A DNA stretch of 20,950 nt from a virus (lineage: Duplodnaviria > Heunggongvirae > Uroviricota > Caudoviricetes). The notes under the pieces are model-generated. The model ran no database searches, was not told where the DNA came from, and saw nothing but the letters and a program-made list of their open reading frames with translations. The stretch covers positions 64,001-84,950 of IMG/VR virus record IMGVR_UViG_3300021426_000007, one strand, 5' to 3'. Positions 1 to 8,470 of the stretch are shown here, piece by piece. The translations under genes and the position numbers were made by a program. The first letter of the stretch is position 1. Each line of letters starts with the position of its first letter.

Positions 1-3000
1 TGGCTGAACGAAAGAAACAGTGAGCTCCTCGAAGGAGAAGACCTAGCATTCATCCAGAGATACTACGTACGTTATATGGCTGAGTTCCTGCAAGCCAGAG
101 GGATTAAAGCGGAAGATCTTAATACCTTCTCCACAACTCCCGAAGGAAAAGCACTACTCAACCAGGCGCGTTCATGGTCAATGCAGCAGGCACATCGTGA
201 TACATACCACGAGATGAACACCTGGGCGATGGCACTGAATAAGCTGAAGCACAACGGTAGATTATCCTACACCCTGATGGAAGGTGTCCTCCCGTTCGTT
301 GGAACCCCGGCCAATATCCTGAAACTTGCTGCTGTGAACTACAGTCCTTATGGTCTGATCAGATCCGGTATTCAGCTGAAACAAGCTCTGGATAGAGGCG
401 ACAAGCAAAGCACGGTCCAGATCCTCGATGGTATCGCTTCCGGTTTAACCGGAACTGGTATTATGGTTCTCGGCGCTCTGCTTGCACGGTTCGGACTCTT
501 CGGGTTCAAGCTCAGAGGAGCTGGTCTGGACGATGATGACGAAGCTCAATTCGAACGTCTTATGGGCCACCAGCAGTGGGCAATCGAAGGACATGGCATC
601 AGCTACACCTTAGACTGGGCAGCACCTATGTCGCTTCCTCTGTTCACAGGCGCGACTTTCTGGGAACTGTTCAGCAGAGAACATCCCTTCGCCAGCCCTG
701 ACGAGTTATGGGCAGGTCTTATGGGCCTGGCTAACCCGATGCTGTCAATGTCCATGCTGGACGGTTTGGAGAACACTCTGTCCTCTCTGACATACGCAAC
801 CAGCGGAAGCAGGATTTCTGCTCTGATGGGTGCGGCATTAACCAGCCACCTCGCACAAGCCTTCCCGACGTTCTTCGGACAGGTCAACAGAATCATCGAT
901 CCGGTGAGGAGAACGACCTATACTGATAAGAACGACTGGATGCCCGGTGCACTTCAGAAGTTCATCCAGCAGAACGTCTACAGTAAAGTACCTGGCCTGT
1001 CTACACGTAAGATCGCTTACGTAGACGAGTGGGGTAGAATAGACACTGACGAGAACCTGCTGAGCAGGATCTTCTCCAACTTCATCTCTCCTGGTTACCT
1101 GAGCTTCATCAATGAGACTCCGGTAGATACAGAGCTGCGAAGACTGTATGACGCACTCGGCGAAACAGAAGGACAGGGAGTGCTTCCCAACTGGGCAGAG
1201 AAGAGTGTTGGTAAGCAGGACATCGGTAAGGATGACAACGACAACGTAATAACGATTGACGGTAAGGACTTCACTGCGAAAGAGTATGAGAAGTACGCCC
1301 AGATCGTTGGCCAGACTCGGTACGCTATGCTCAGTGAGATCTTCAGCACTGAAGAGTATCTCTCTGCTACCGATACAGAGAAGGCCAAGATGGTAAGCGA
1401 TGCATACGATTATGCAAGAAGCCTCGGCAGGAAAGCACTGATTCCGGAGCGTAACATGGATGCCTCTTGGATGGAGACAGCCAAGAAGGTAGGAGCTGTA
1501 GACTACATCGTTATGCGTCAGGAGTATGAGGATAATAAGAACAACGACCGCATCTACGGATGGCTCGCTGATAATCCGAACCTCAGCACTGACCAGATGG
1601 CCGCACTTCTTACCGATAAGTTCACCACTCCTGAGTACATTGCCAGCAACGAGATCACCGGATACCGTTATAAGACCCTTAACTCCGATGACGAGATGCT
1701 CTCTGCAATGTATGAGGTAGCACTCCAGAATGGTCTTGCTGATCTGTATAAGGACCAGACATACATTAACGCGAGCTCTGACGAGCGAGCAGACATGTTC
1801 AGGGTACGCGTCGAAGAGATTAAGAGCCAGACGATCAGTGACTTCGGTGATTATCTCGGCACTACAAACAGAGCACTGAGTATCGGTAAGTCTTCCTCGC
1901 TTAACCAGGACACCAAGTTCGAAGTTATGCTGGATGCTTACGACGGAGACCACAGAGCACAGGCAGCGTGGATCGCGCAGAGTTATAAACCTGACAAAGT
2001 GATGGACAATCCTGAGCACCCAGGATATCAGCTCGAGATACCGGAGGAAGCAAGGAAGACATCCGGCTGGATGTACGAGAATGTCATGAGCCGGTACCAG
2101 GATGCCTACGAGGAACTGTGGACCGGTAACGGAGACCTCAGTAAGAAATTCCAGGATGCGGTGAAGCGTAACGACAAAACCGCTATGGCATCAATAGCCA
2201 ATCGAGTGTACAAAGAAACCGTCGCTATGGTGGAAGAAGAGTACGCTCGCGGCCTCGCCAAGAGCGGAACGGCTGTTGAGCTGTTCAAAGAAACGCCTAC
2301 CGGGTACAACGGTATCGAGGCATACGATATTGCTAAAGAGCGCTATGGGAATGACCTTGAGGCGATAGGCAGATACGTTGCCAAAACAATTGACAACCAC
2401 ACTACAATCGAAGATCCGGAGAACCCTGGATTCTATATCGTACTCGACGATGCCGATCAGGCCCAAGGTAAGAAAGACAGAATCGAGATGTTCACCAATC
2501 TGTTCGTAACTGAGGCAACTAAGGAATACTTCCAGAACGCAACACGCGAACAGAGGGAAGCCTACATCGACGGGATGATCCATGAGGTTGACGCGGCATA
2601 CCAGAAGCAATATGCTGAGAAGCTGAAGAAGGCCGGATACAACGAGACTACTATCAAACTGAACTCCAATACCACATCCGCAACAGAGTTTGTGGCCCAC
2701 ATGGAGAAATCCAACTACAGCAAGGAAGAAACGATCGATATCATGATGGCCAGATACAAGCATGACCATGGACTTGACGACGTTAACTACAACCCTGCTG
2801 CAAGAATCCTTCAGATCGAGGCGGCAAGAAAGTACTACGAAGATCACTACGACGAGGTTAAATCCGGAGCAATGACCTGGGCTAAGTATAGGGACAACGC
2901 CAGCAAAGCCGCGAACAATAGCGTGAAGAAAACGTATAATGTTTCTGGCGTCAGTAAAGTTCCTGCCCCGGAATACACCACTCCGACTATCCCCTCTGAG

Positions 3001-3582
3001 TTTTCTTCGAATACCGGAACAGTAACACCTCCTCCGGCTGGGTCAACAGGCTACGTGATTCCTCCTTCTGAAGTGACAAGGTCCAGATCAGATGGAGCAC
3101 CGAGCTGGGAAGAGACGCTCGAACTCAACGAGAACCCTGACCGGTATAACGTGGGGGATCAAACCACAAGCATTACGGATAACTATAATCCTAACGGTCC
3201 AGTCTATCACTTCGAGGACTACATCCCGGCAATGACGGAAGAGGAAGCAAGGGAAGAAGCAAACTGGCAGACAACTAATCAGAATGTACAGATCTTCCCG
3301 GACGAAGTAGGCGAGAACAGTATCGCCCACGATATTGCTACCGAGTACTACTTCGCGTATCTGAATAACCCAGACTACGATGGACAAACCTACGAAGACT
3401 GGCTGAACAACCACCGTGATTTCACGATGACTCCGGCTGGCAGAAGAACCTACTCCGGTACTGGACAAAAGGCCGAACGGAGAGGAACTGGATTGAACAA
3501 CGGCGGAATGCCGTATGGATCCTCCGCTAATTCCGTTGGTGGCGCATCCCATAACTTCTGGAACAGACTGATCCGTCGGTAA
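1..3582 (+). CDS. Large phage protein, 5'-truncated; large polyvalent (LPD38-like) or internal virion/DNA-ejection type
   Basis: Frame is open from base 1 (WLNERNSELL...) so the start is upstream of the window; >1190 aa; segments SYTLDWAAPMSLPLFTG and YVDEWGR..ENLLSRIFSNFISPGY resemble those I recall from giant Bacillota phage proteins. The CDS is certain; the product is inferred. Confidence 0.6.
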   Translation, partial: WLNERNSELLEGEDLAFIQRYYVRYMAEFLQARGIKAEDLNTFSTTPEGKALLNQARSWSMQQAHRDTYHEMNTWAMALNKLKHNGRLSYTLMEGVLPFVGTPANILKLAAVNYSPYGLIRSGIQLKQALDRGDKQSTVQILDGIASGLTGTGIMVLGALLARFGLFGFKLRGAGLDDDDEAQFERLMGHQQWAIEGHGISYTLDWAAPMSLPLFTGATFWELFSREHPFASPDELWAGLMGLANPMLSMSMLDGLENTLSSLTYATSGSRISALMGAALTSHLAQAFPTFFGQVNRIIDPVRRTTYTDKNDWMPGALQKFIQQNVYSKVPGLSTRKIAYVDEWGRIDTDENLLSRIFSNFISPGYLSFINETPVDTELRRLYDALGETEGQGVLPNWAEKSVGKQDIGKDDNDNVITIDGKDFTAKEYEKYAQIVGQTRYAMLSEIFSTEEYLSATDTEKAKMVSDAYDYARSLGRKALIPERNMDASWMETAKKVGAVDYIVMRQEYEDNKNNDRIYGWLADNPNLSTDQMAALLTDKFTTPEYIASNEITGYRYKTLNSDDEMLSAMYEVALQNGLADLYKDQTYINASSDERADMFRVRVEEIKSQTISDFGDYLGTTNRALSIGKSSSLNQDTKFEVMLDAYDGDHRAQAAWIAQSYKPDKVMDNPEHPGYQLEIPEEARKTSGWMYENVMSRYQDAYEELWTGNGDLSKKFQDAVKRNDKTAMASIANRVYKETVAMVEEEYARGLAKSGTAVELFKETPTGYNGIEAYDIAKERYGNDLEAIGRYVAKTIDNHTTIEDPENPGFYIVLDDADQAQGKKDRIEMFTNLFVTEATKEYFQNATREQREAYIDGMIHEVDAAYQKQYAEKLKKAGYNETTIKLNSNTTSATEFVAHMEKSNYSKEETIDIMMARYKHDHGLDDVNYNPAARILQIEAARKYYEDHYDEVKSGAMTWAKYRDNASKAANNSVKKTYNVSGVSKVPAPEYTTPTIPSEFSSNTGTVTPPPAGSTGYVIPPSEVTRSRSDGAPSWEETLELNENPDRYNVGDQTTSITDNYNPNGPVYHFEDYIPAMTEEEAREEANWQTTNQNVQIFPDEVGENSIAHDIATEYYFAYLNNPDYDGQTYEDWLNNHRDFTMTPAGRRTYSGTGQKAERRGTGLNNGGMPYGSSANSVGGASHNFWNRLIRR

Positions 3583-3592
3583 AACGACAAAA

Positions 3593-3631
3593 CCCCCTAC
3601 TACATTTCTGTAGTAGGGGGCATCTTTTTTT
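3593..3631. terminator. Bidirectional intrinsic terminator
   Basis: Perfect 12-bp stem CCCCCTACTACA (3593-3604), loop TTTC, TGTAGTAGGGGG (3609-3620); T-run after it on + and A-runs before it; lies between convergent operons. Confidence 0.9.
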
Positions 3632-3645
3632 AGGATAATCGCGCC

Positions 3646-3807
3646 TTAATTCCATTCCTCGTACATGAACCTTCTGTACGCAGAATGTATATCGGTTACA
3701 AGGTCGTCAATCTCGTCTATATTATCTGCGTTATCCTTGAGCTCTTCTAGCTTCTCCGCAGCTCTTTTCAGGACTTTAGCAAGGTCTATGATTTCAATTG
3801 TTTTCAT
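3646..3807 (-). CDS. Small hypothetical protein (53 aa, MKTIEIIDLAKVLK...YEEWN), not in the ORF track
   Basis: Translated by hand; ATGA overlap with the stop of 3804-4373; last gene before the terminator. Confidence 0.75.
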   Translation of the reverse strand: MKTIEIIDLAKVLKRAAEKLEELKDNADNIDEIDDLVTDIHSAYRRFMYEEWN

Positions 3808-4373
3808 TCGTTTTTCCCCGTAATGAACTCAGAGTGAGGAAGGGTTTCCATCCATGCACAGAACTTCCGCCATTCTGGCAAACGATGCTTTTTACGCTGT
3901 GCATATATCGTTTTCAGTTGCCTGTAGTTTGTAGTCATCCGGGCAGTAAGACAGAATCCAGACGGAATGTTATAGATAATCTGAAGGAATAATTCTTCGG
4001 ATGGACATTCGTTGTACTTCTCGATATCATGCTTCAGTTGGCGCTTGGTGCATTCATACACATACTCATTGCACTGCTCGTCCAGATCGAATTTCATAAT
4101 GCAGTGCATAGAACTCATGCTGGAAACAAACGATAGCCAGTTGTATCTCTGCGCTTCCGGCCAGGCTTTCTCGGACAGTGTTAAATCAAACTGCACGATA
4201 ATACCATTTAAAAAAGTATCTTCTCCAGATCCTTTCGGAGCTTGCGCGAGTCGTAGAACAGTCTTGGTGATATCCGAATTACACTGCTCCGTGTCAGTAG
4301 CAAACGGGTACTTAGACGCTTTTATGGATTCGTCCAGTCCGTACACACATACATTTGTTACTATATCTTTCAT
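3804..4373 (-). CDS. ThyX-like (FAD-dependent thymidylate synthase fold) phage protein with a non-canonical motif
   Basis: GSGEDTFLNGIIVQFDLT, EAQRYNWLSFVSSMSSMH and TTNYRQLKTIYAQRKKHRLPEW match the layout of the phage ThyX-like family; the canonical RHRx7SxR motif is absent. Confidence 0.7.
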   Translation of the reverse strand: MKDIVTNVCVYGLDESIKASKYPFATDTEQCNSDITKTVLRLAQAPKGSGEDTFLNGIIVQFDLTLSEKAWPEAQRYNWLSFVSSMSSMHCIMKFDLDEQCNEYVYECTKRQLKHDIEKYNECPSEELFLQIIYNIPSGFCLTARMTTNYRQLKTIYAQRKKHRLPEWRKFCAWMETLPHSEFITGKNE

Positions 4374-4573
4374 TCTTGCTTCGCCCCCTCACAAGGTACA
4401 CCACGCTCAGTATCCAAAAAGAACTCAATTCCCTTCTGCGTATTGTATGTTTGCTGAAGCTTCTCAAGAGTATCAACAAGGCCGTTGTACTCCCAGAAAT
4501 TATCCTCGATATCAATTTCATCTAATCGATCTACTATGCGTTCGACTTGTGTATAAATTTTATCACTCAGCAT
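4370..4573 (-). CDS. Hypothetical protein (67 aa; start MLSDKIY)
   Basis: GGAGG RBS upstream of ATG at 4573; ATGA overlap with the downstream gene. Confidence 0.75.
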   Translation of the reverse strand: MLSDKIYTQVERIVDRLDEIDIEDNFWEYNGLVDTLEKLQQTYNTQKGIEFFLDTERGVPCEGAKQE

Positions 4574-4577
4574 TTTC

Positions 4578-4823
4578 TTATCCTCCAATAAGTACCGCGT
4601 CGGAACTGTGGACCAGATAAGTAGTTCCATCGATTACGATCTGCAACTGATCGCCTTCGTAATCTTTCCACGACTGGACCTCGCCCTCGATCACTTCTCC
4701 GTTAGGAAGCTGGATGATAGCTCTGTTGAAAGTGTAGGTCAGATCCAGTATCTGTTTGTTGCATCCGCCGAAGAACATACAAACCAGAGCAGTTACAATA
4801 ATAAGATAAATCCATTTTTTCAT
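4578..4823 (-). CDS. Small phage lipoprotein
   Basis: MKKW, hydrophobic stretch and FGGC lipobox; QLPNGEVIEGEVQSWKDY..DQLQI resembles a recurrent phage lipoprotein family. Confidence 0.75.
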   Translation of the reverse strand: MKKWIYLIIVTALVCMFFGGCNKQILDLTYTFNRAIIQLPNGEVIEGEVQSWKDYEGDQLQIVIDGTTYLVHSSDAVLIGG

Positions 4824-4824
4824 T

Positions 4825-5037
4825 TTACAAAAACTCCACTTTAATTATTGAATTAGGATGGAAAGGATAGAACGTTTCTTCCTCATCTGGGTGATTATAA
4901 AGGTAGGCCAGGTATCTATACGAGTCTATCGTACCTTCCTTCAGCCTCTTCAACCTTGCGAAGTATGTCGCCATATCCTCATCATCAACATGCGTAGTAC
5001 GCGCAATGTTTTTATTTAGAATATATGGTTCTTCCAT
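4825..5037 (-). CDS. Hypothetical protein (70 aa; likely start MEEPYIL)
   Basis: Fits between flanking genes with 1-2 bp gaps. Confidence 0.65.
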   Translation of the reverse strand: MEEPYILNKNIARTTHVDDEDMATYFARLKRLKEGTIDSYRYLAYLYNHPDEEETFYPFHPNSIIKVEFL

Positions 5038-5039
5038 GG

Positions 5040-5228
5040 CTACTTCATGAAATGGTAGAAACCAACAGCCAAGAGAACTATTACCAATACCGTAATCCAG
5101 ATGGGGGAGAGTACCCAGACCCATGACCAACTGATTACATGTGTAAGTTTCAACACAATAAATGCGATGGTTAGTAGTCCAGCGAATCCTATACCACCTG
5201 CGCTGGAGTTGGAATTATTATTTCTCAT
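5040..5228 (-). CDS. Small two-TM membrane protein of the widespread phage GGIGF..LLTI.FIVLKL...WSW.WV.SPIW family
   Basis: Motif and hydrophobicity. Confidence 0.8.
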   Translation of the reverse strand: MRNNNSNSSAGGIGFAGLLTIAFIVLKLTHVISWSWVWVLSPIWITVLVIVLLAVGFYHFMK

Positions 5229-5550
5229 TCTCTTTCTCCTTCAGTTCTTTGATATGCGCTTGAATCTTTGCATCCGAGCTGTTGATTAGTTTGACGAAAT
5301 TATTCCAATCTCTTTCCCCAGCAAAAAATACTGCTGCGATAAGATCATCCGGATCCATATCTTCCACATCTTTTTCCGGCAGTTCTTCCCCAAAATCAGA
5401 GCACTCATCCGTCAAATGGTTGAATGCTAAGAAGAACGAATACCGATTTAACTCTCGGTCTAAACATGGAAGAATCGCAACAGAGTGTTGGGGCTTCTCT
5501 CCCATTCCCAGGGCGACAACAGTTTTTTCAACTACATCGTTAATTGTCAT
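5218..5550 (-). CDS. Hypothetical acidic protein (start MTINDVV)
   Basis: GGAGAGGAG RBS upstream of ATG at 5550; operon packing. Confidence 0.7.
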   Translation of the reverse strand: MTINDVVEKTVVALGMGEKPQHSVAILPCLDRELNRYSFFLAFNHLTDECSDFGEELPEKDVEDMDPDDLIAAVFFAGERDWNNFVKLINSSDAKIQAHIKELKEKENEK

Positions 5551-5773
5551 TCTTTTTCTCCTCTCCATTATCAACGAAGGTATACATATACAAGGACTGC
5601 ATCTGGCGATATAAAAGCATCCGCTTGGAATAGCATTCCTTACAATATGGCTTCAATGTTTTAAACATATCCGGCCTGTTAAGGGGAACTAATGTAGGAC
5701 GGCCACAGTCGTGGCAGGGTACCGGTGCACGACTAACAGCGTGGATTTGTTCCGGCGTAAAGTATGTCTTCAC
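5540..5773 (-). CDS. Zn-ribbon-like protein (CHDC...CKEC), GTG start
   Basis: Two CxxC pairs; abuts the upstream gene. Confidence 0.65.
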   Translation of the reverse strand: MKTYFTPEQIHAVSRAPVPCHDCGRPTLVPLNRPDMFKTLKPYCKECYSKRMLLYRQMQSLYMYTFVDNGEEKKNDN

Positions 5774-6130
5774 CTAACAAAACCACCTATCATCAAATCG
5801 GTAGCCGCCCACGTTCCTTACACCATCCCGGAAGTTGTCTGGGTTTTCCAGATTGTACGGATCGTTCTGCTGCTCATCTACCAGATCGATGAATTCATCG
5901 AGATGGACTATGTTATTGTACTCATCCATGATAACATAATCGTTTCTCTCCACTGTGTATTTCCGTAACCAATCCTTCACTTCGTCATAGCTGTTCCATA
6001 CAATAGGCGGATCGTGATATAGATTGTCCTGTGCCTGGAACAGAAACAGCCAACCCCAGGAGGACTTTCCAATATGAACAGGCTCCCCAACCGTAGGTCT
6101 GGTACGAACTGCATAGTAGTTAGTTCCCAT
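5774..6130 (-). CDS. Conserved phage hypothetical protein (MGTNYY...HIGKSSWGWLF family)
   Basis: Recognisable N-terminal motifs; operon packing. Confidence 0.8.
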   Translation of the reverse strand: MGTNYYAVRTRPTVGEPVHIGKSSWGWLFLFQAQDNLYHDPPIVWNSYDEVKDWLRKYTVERNDYVIMDEYNNIVHLDEFIDLVDEQQNDPYNLENPDNFRDGVRNVGGYRFDDRWFC

Positions 6131-6719
6131 CGGACGGCTCCTTATATGGCAGATCTAACCACTCGGATTGTTTCTTCCTCCAGCTCTCATCTTTTGACTG
6201 GATCGTAAAAGCGCGTCTGTCTCTATCAAGGTTAGTGTCGCACTCTATTGTCATGCCAAACACTTCCTCGAACTTATCCCGGTTAGTAGGCGCGGATTTC
6301 TTGGATTCTTCGTAGGACTTTACCTTCTCGATAACTTCCTCTGGAGTAAAGTTCCGTAGGATATCGCTGAAGATATGATGCGCTCCAAATATCTCACGAA
6401 TTTCACCAGGCGAAAGTCCATCGTCAGAAGGATTTAGATACAGCTTCTTAATAGCCCACCACAGTTCTTGCCGACCATCATCTGCACCTTTGTCATACGC
6501 ACCTTCGTAGGTAACGACCATGTTCCTACCCGCTTCTACTCCGTTGGCATACCCCATGTTATACTGCTTGGTAGTTTCAATATCCAACTTCTTCTCGTTG
6601 TACCGGAGCCCGGCCTCATATCCGTTCCTCCAGATACCATCCAGCTCGGACCTGATCACCTGACCCTCCGGTGTGTGGCGAGACAGATACCCGTCGATTA
6701 CTTCATCTTTTGTCTTCAT
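6120..6719 (-). CDS. Phage hypothetical protein with GYxxG repeats and a C-terminal TNRDKFEEVFG module (start MKTKDEV)
   Basis: GAGGAG RBS upstream of ATG at 6719. Confidence 0.75.
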   Translation of the reverse strand: MKTKDEVIDGYLSRHTPEGQVIRSELDGIWRNGYEAGLRYNEKKLDIETTKQYNMGYANGVEAGRNMVVTYEGAYDKGADDGRQELWWAIKKLYLNPSDDGLSPGEIREIFGAHHIFSDILRNFTPEEVIEKVKSYEESKKSAPTNRDKFEEVFGMTIECDTNLDRDRRAFTIQSKDESWRKKQSEWLDLPYKEPSDGN

Positions 6720-6773
6720 TCTTTTCTCCTCATTATCCATGTCTATCAATGTACATTGATTACTTTAAATTAC

Positions 6774-6943
6774 AATCCCGATAAGGATTTGCACCTTATA
6801 ATTCCGACCCCTTGCACGTGGCGTTCGCTACTACACCGATCTCCTGTTAGTAATAACAGGCGGCTTGCATCTATCCCTAACCTGCCTATCGGATTATCTC
6901 TGTTGACCAGAAGGGGAGCGTCTACCTATTCCGCCACGGGATT
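6774..6943 (-). ncRNA. tRNA-like ncRNA with an expanded anticodon arm
   Basis: Acceptor AATCCCG/CGGGATT; TG at positions 8-9; D arm GCG-GAATAGGTAGA-CGC; stem CCCCTT/AAGGGG enclosing ~97 nt; T arm ATAAGG-TGCAAAT-CCTTAT; fills the main gap in an otherwise packed operon. Confidence 0.75.
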
Positions 6944-6951
6944 ATATTTGG

Positions 6952-7116
6952 TTACTTTAACTCTCTAAAACTACAGGAACAATTGTTTTCTACCTTGATA
7001 GTATCAAGCAGTTTTCCGCATCTTTCGCATTCTTGAAACCGTTTCCCGTAAAAGATAATTTCTTTGCACTTGCATGGTTTGTGAATTCCGATGCGGCATA
7101 AAATAGAATTTACCAT
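6952..7116 (-). CDS. Small Cys/His protein (54 aa, MVNSILCRIGIHK...CERCG), DUF1660-like; not in the ORF track
   Basis: Translated by hand; GAGG RBS; CxxGxH...CxRCG pattern. Confidence 0.7.
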   Translation of the reverse strand: MVNSILCRIGIHKPCKCKEIIFYGKRFQECERCGKLLDTIKVENNCSCSFRELK

Positions 7117-7120
7117 ATCC

Positions 7121-7255
7121 TCACTTTGATCCTGTTAGAGTAACTTCCCCCGTTATCGAATTCATTTTTATCCAGACGTCAGAACCGTTAGGTAATATGA
7201 CTCTATAATCATCTGGAAACTTTTCAAGCAATTCAATTAAATCTTTGACTGTCAT
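7121..7255 (-). CDS. Small hypothetical protein (44 aa; MTVKDLIELLEKFPDD)
   Basis: Common phage N-terminal motif; ATGA overlap with the upstream stop. Confidence 0.75.
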   Translation of the reverse strand: MTVKDLIELLEKFPDDYRVILPNGSDVWIKMNSITGEVTLTGSK

Positions 7256-7497
7256 TTTGAAATCTCCACTCCATTTCGTCCGCACGGTATTATGTCGGTT
7301 CCACAGTAAATCTGATTTGTAAGTGGCTTCGTCGTCTGCTGCCACAGATCGCCATAGGTCAGTGATGGCCTATTCTGTACGCTTGCTTTCCCATCCGCGA
7401 CGCCTTCGTTATATGCGTCTTCTACCATCTCCTGAATCTTATCCGCTGTGATCATAAGATTTCCATCCTGGTCTGCTCTTAAGATTATAGGTTTCAT
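7252..7497 (-). CDS. Hypothetical protein
   Basis: ATGA-coupled on both sides. Confidence 0.75.
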   Translation of the reverse strand: MKPIILRADQDGNLMITADKIQEMVEDAYNEGVADGKASVQNRPSLTYGDLWQQTTKPLTNQIYCGTDIIPCGRNGVEISK

Positions 7498-7805
7498 ATT
7501 TCTGCTCCTTCGTATGGTTCATCCCATTTGAGAACGGGTCCTTTTACAGCGTTTATAAAATAGTCTTTACTAAATATAAAGTCTCCGTCTGGCAAGAAAC
7601 CAAACACTTCTTTGAACTTCTGGGCATTTGTTATTATTTGGTGCTCTTTGTTCCACCGTTCAGTTGCGTCTATAATGTTGATCATTTGTCTTTCAGACAA
7701 TTCAGAATCTATTGAACAAGTAGTTCCTGCCAATGGGCATTCGAGACAGCTTTTGCATTCTGTGCACATCCGTTTGTACTCTTTCAAAAATTCAATCGCT
7801 TCCAT
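7494..7805 (-). CDS. Cys-rich phage protein with a TNAQKFKEVFG module
   Basis: CxxCxxCxxCP cluster; operon packing. Confidence 0.8.
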   Translation of the reverse strand: MEAIEFLKEYKRMCTECKSCLECPLAGTTCSIDSELSERQMINIIDATERWNKEHQIITNAQKFKEVFGFLPDGDFIFSKDYFINAVKGPVLKWDEPYEGAEI

Positions 7806-8154
7806 GCTCGTCCTCCTTTTTCAGCCATTTAAGCTTACACTCACCGCAGGTGCTAAATGCACATTCATCCAATCCAAACTCCACATCTATGTTCCCCGGA
7901 CATCTAAGTATACTCACGAGTTCCTCATCATCCATCTGTCTGATTTTTTCTCCGTTAGTCCTGCACTTATTATCTGTTTTTTCTCCTAACTTTCTTCCAC
8001 ACATTGGGCAATAATTAATTTTGCACTCACGATGTTCTTTGCCGAATCTTAATATCAGTGCGTCCGGATAATGATAATATGCGTGTGCATTCTTATCCAA
8101 CGGACAAATATATCCGTCTCTGTCTTCGTGACAGTATTCGCAACTCATGTTCAT
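7792..8154 (-). CDS. Cys-rich modular phage protein (CEYC...INYCPMCGRKL plus TNGEKIRQMDDEEL module)
   Basis: Recurrent phage Zn-knuckle motifs; GGAGG RBS. Confidence 0.8.
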   Translation of the reverse strand: MNMSCEYCHEDRDGYICPLDKNAHAYYHYPDALILRFGKEHRECKINYCPMCGRKLGEKTDNKCRTNGEKIRQMDDEELVSILRCPGNIDVEFGLDECAFSTCGECKLKWLKKEDEHGSD

Positions 8155-8468
8155 TCCTCCTCACTTGCGGGGACGACGGTTGGAGAATCTTCTACTCCTG
8201 ATAGCATTGCCCTAATATAAATTTTCTCGGTTTCTGAGAATCCGTGCTCGTGTGTTAAGTACCACTCATTAAGATGATTATACAGCTCGTCAAGATCACC
8301 AAGCCTGCCGTGCGGTGTAGGAATATTACTGATAGGGCAATCCGGATGTCTACTTGTAGCATAGTCATCGAATCCAATGTACAGCTCACATCCAATTTGT
8401 TTGCAGAATCCTACATGGCAAGCACCACAATACTGCGGTACTTCCATATTCTTTATTATGACACTCAT
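8151..8468 (-). CDS. Phage protein of the M.V.IK.ME.P..C..C...CP...PHG.L family; paralogue of 8898-9218
   Basis: Motif order shared with 8898-9218. Confidence 0.8.
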   Translation of the reverse strand: MSVIIKNMEVPQYCGACHVGFCKQIGCELYIGFDDYATSRHPDCPISNIPTPHGRLGDLDELYNHLNEWYLTHEHGFSETEKIYIRAMLSGVEDSPTVVPASEEE

Positions 8469-8470
8469 CT

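Noticed and set aside
838-2847. Long minus-strand ORFs 838-2019 and 2191-2847
   Set aside because: Antisense shadows of the large + strand gene; Val/Leu-rich mirror composition and no RBS or motifs
6774-6943. tmRNA or a tRNA with a group I intron
   Set aside because: It has a true D arm, no G3-U70 Ala identity and no evident tag ORF; the ~97-nt insert is too short and I could not find group I core elements
6468-6968. 166-aa plus-strand ORF
   Set aside because: Antisense to a real gene and to the tRNA-like element; implausible composition
6994-7008. Dyad CTTGATA-G-TATCAAG
   Set aside because: Inside a small CDS, single occurrence, and no shared consensus with other dyads
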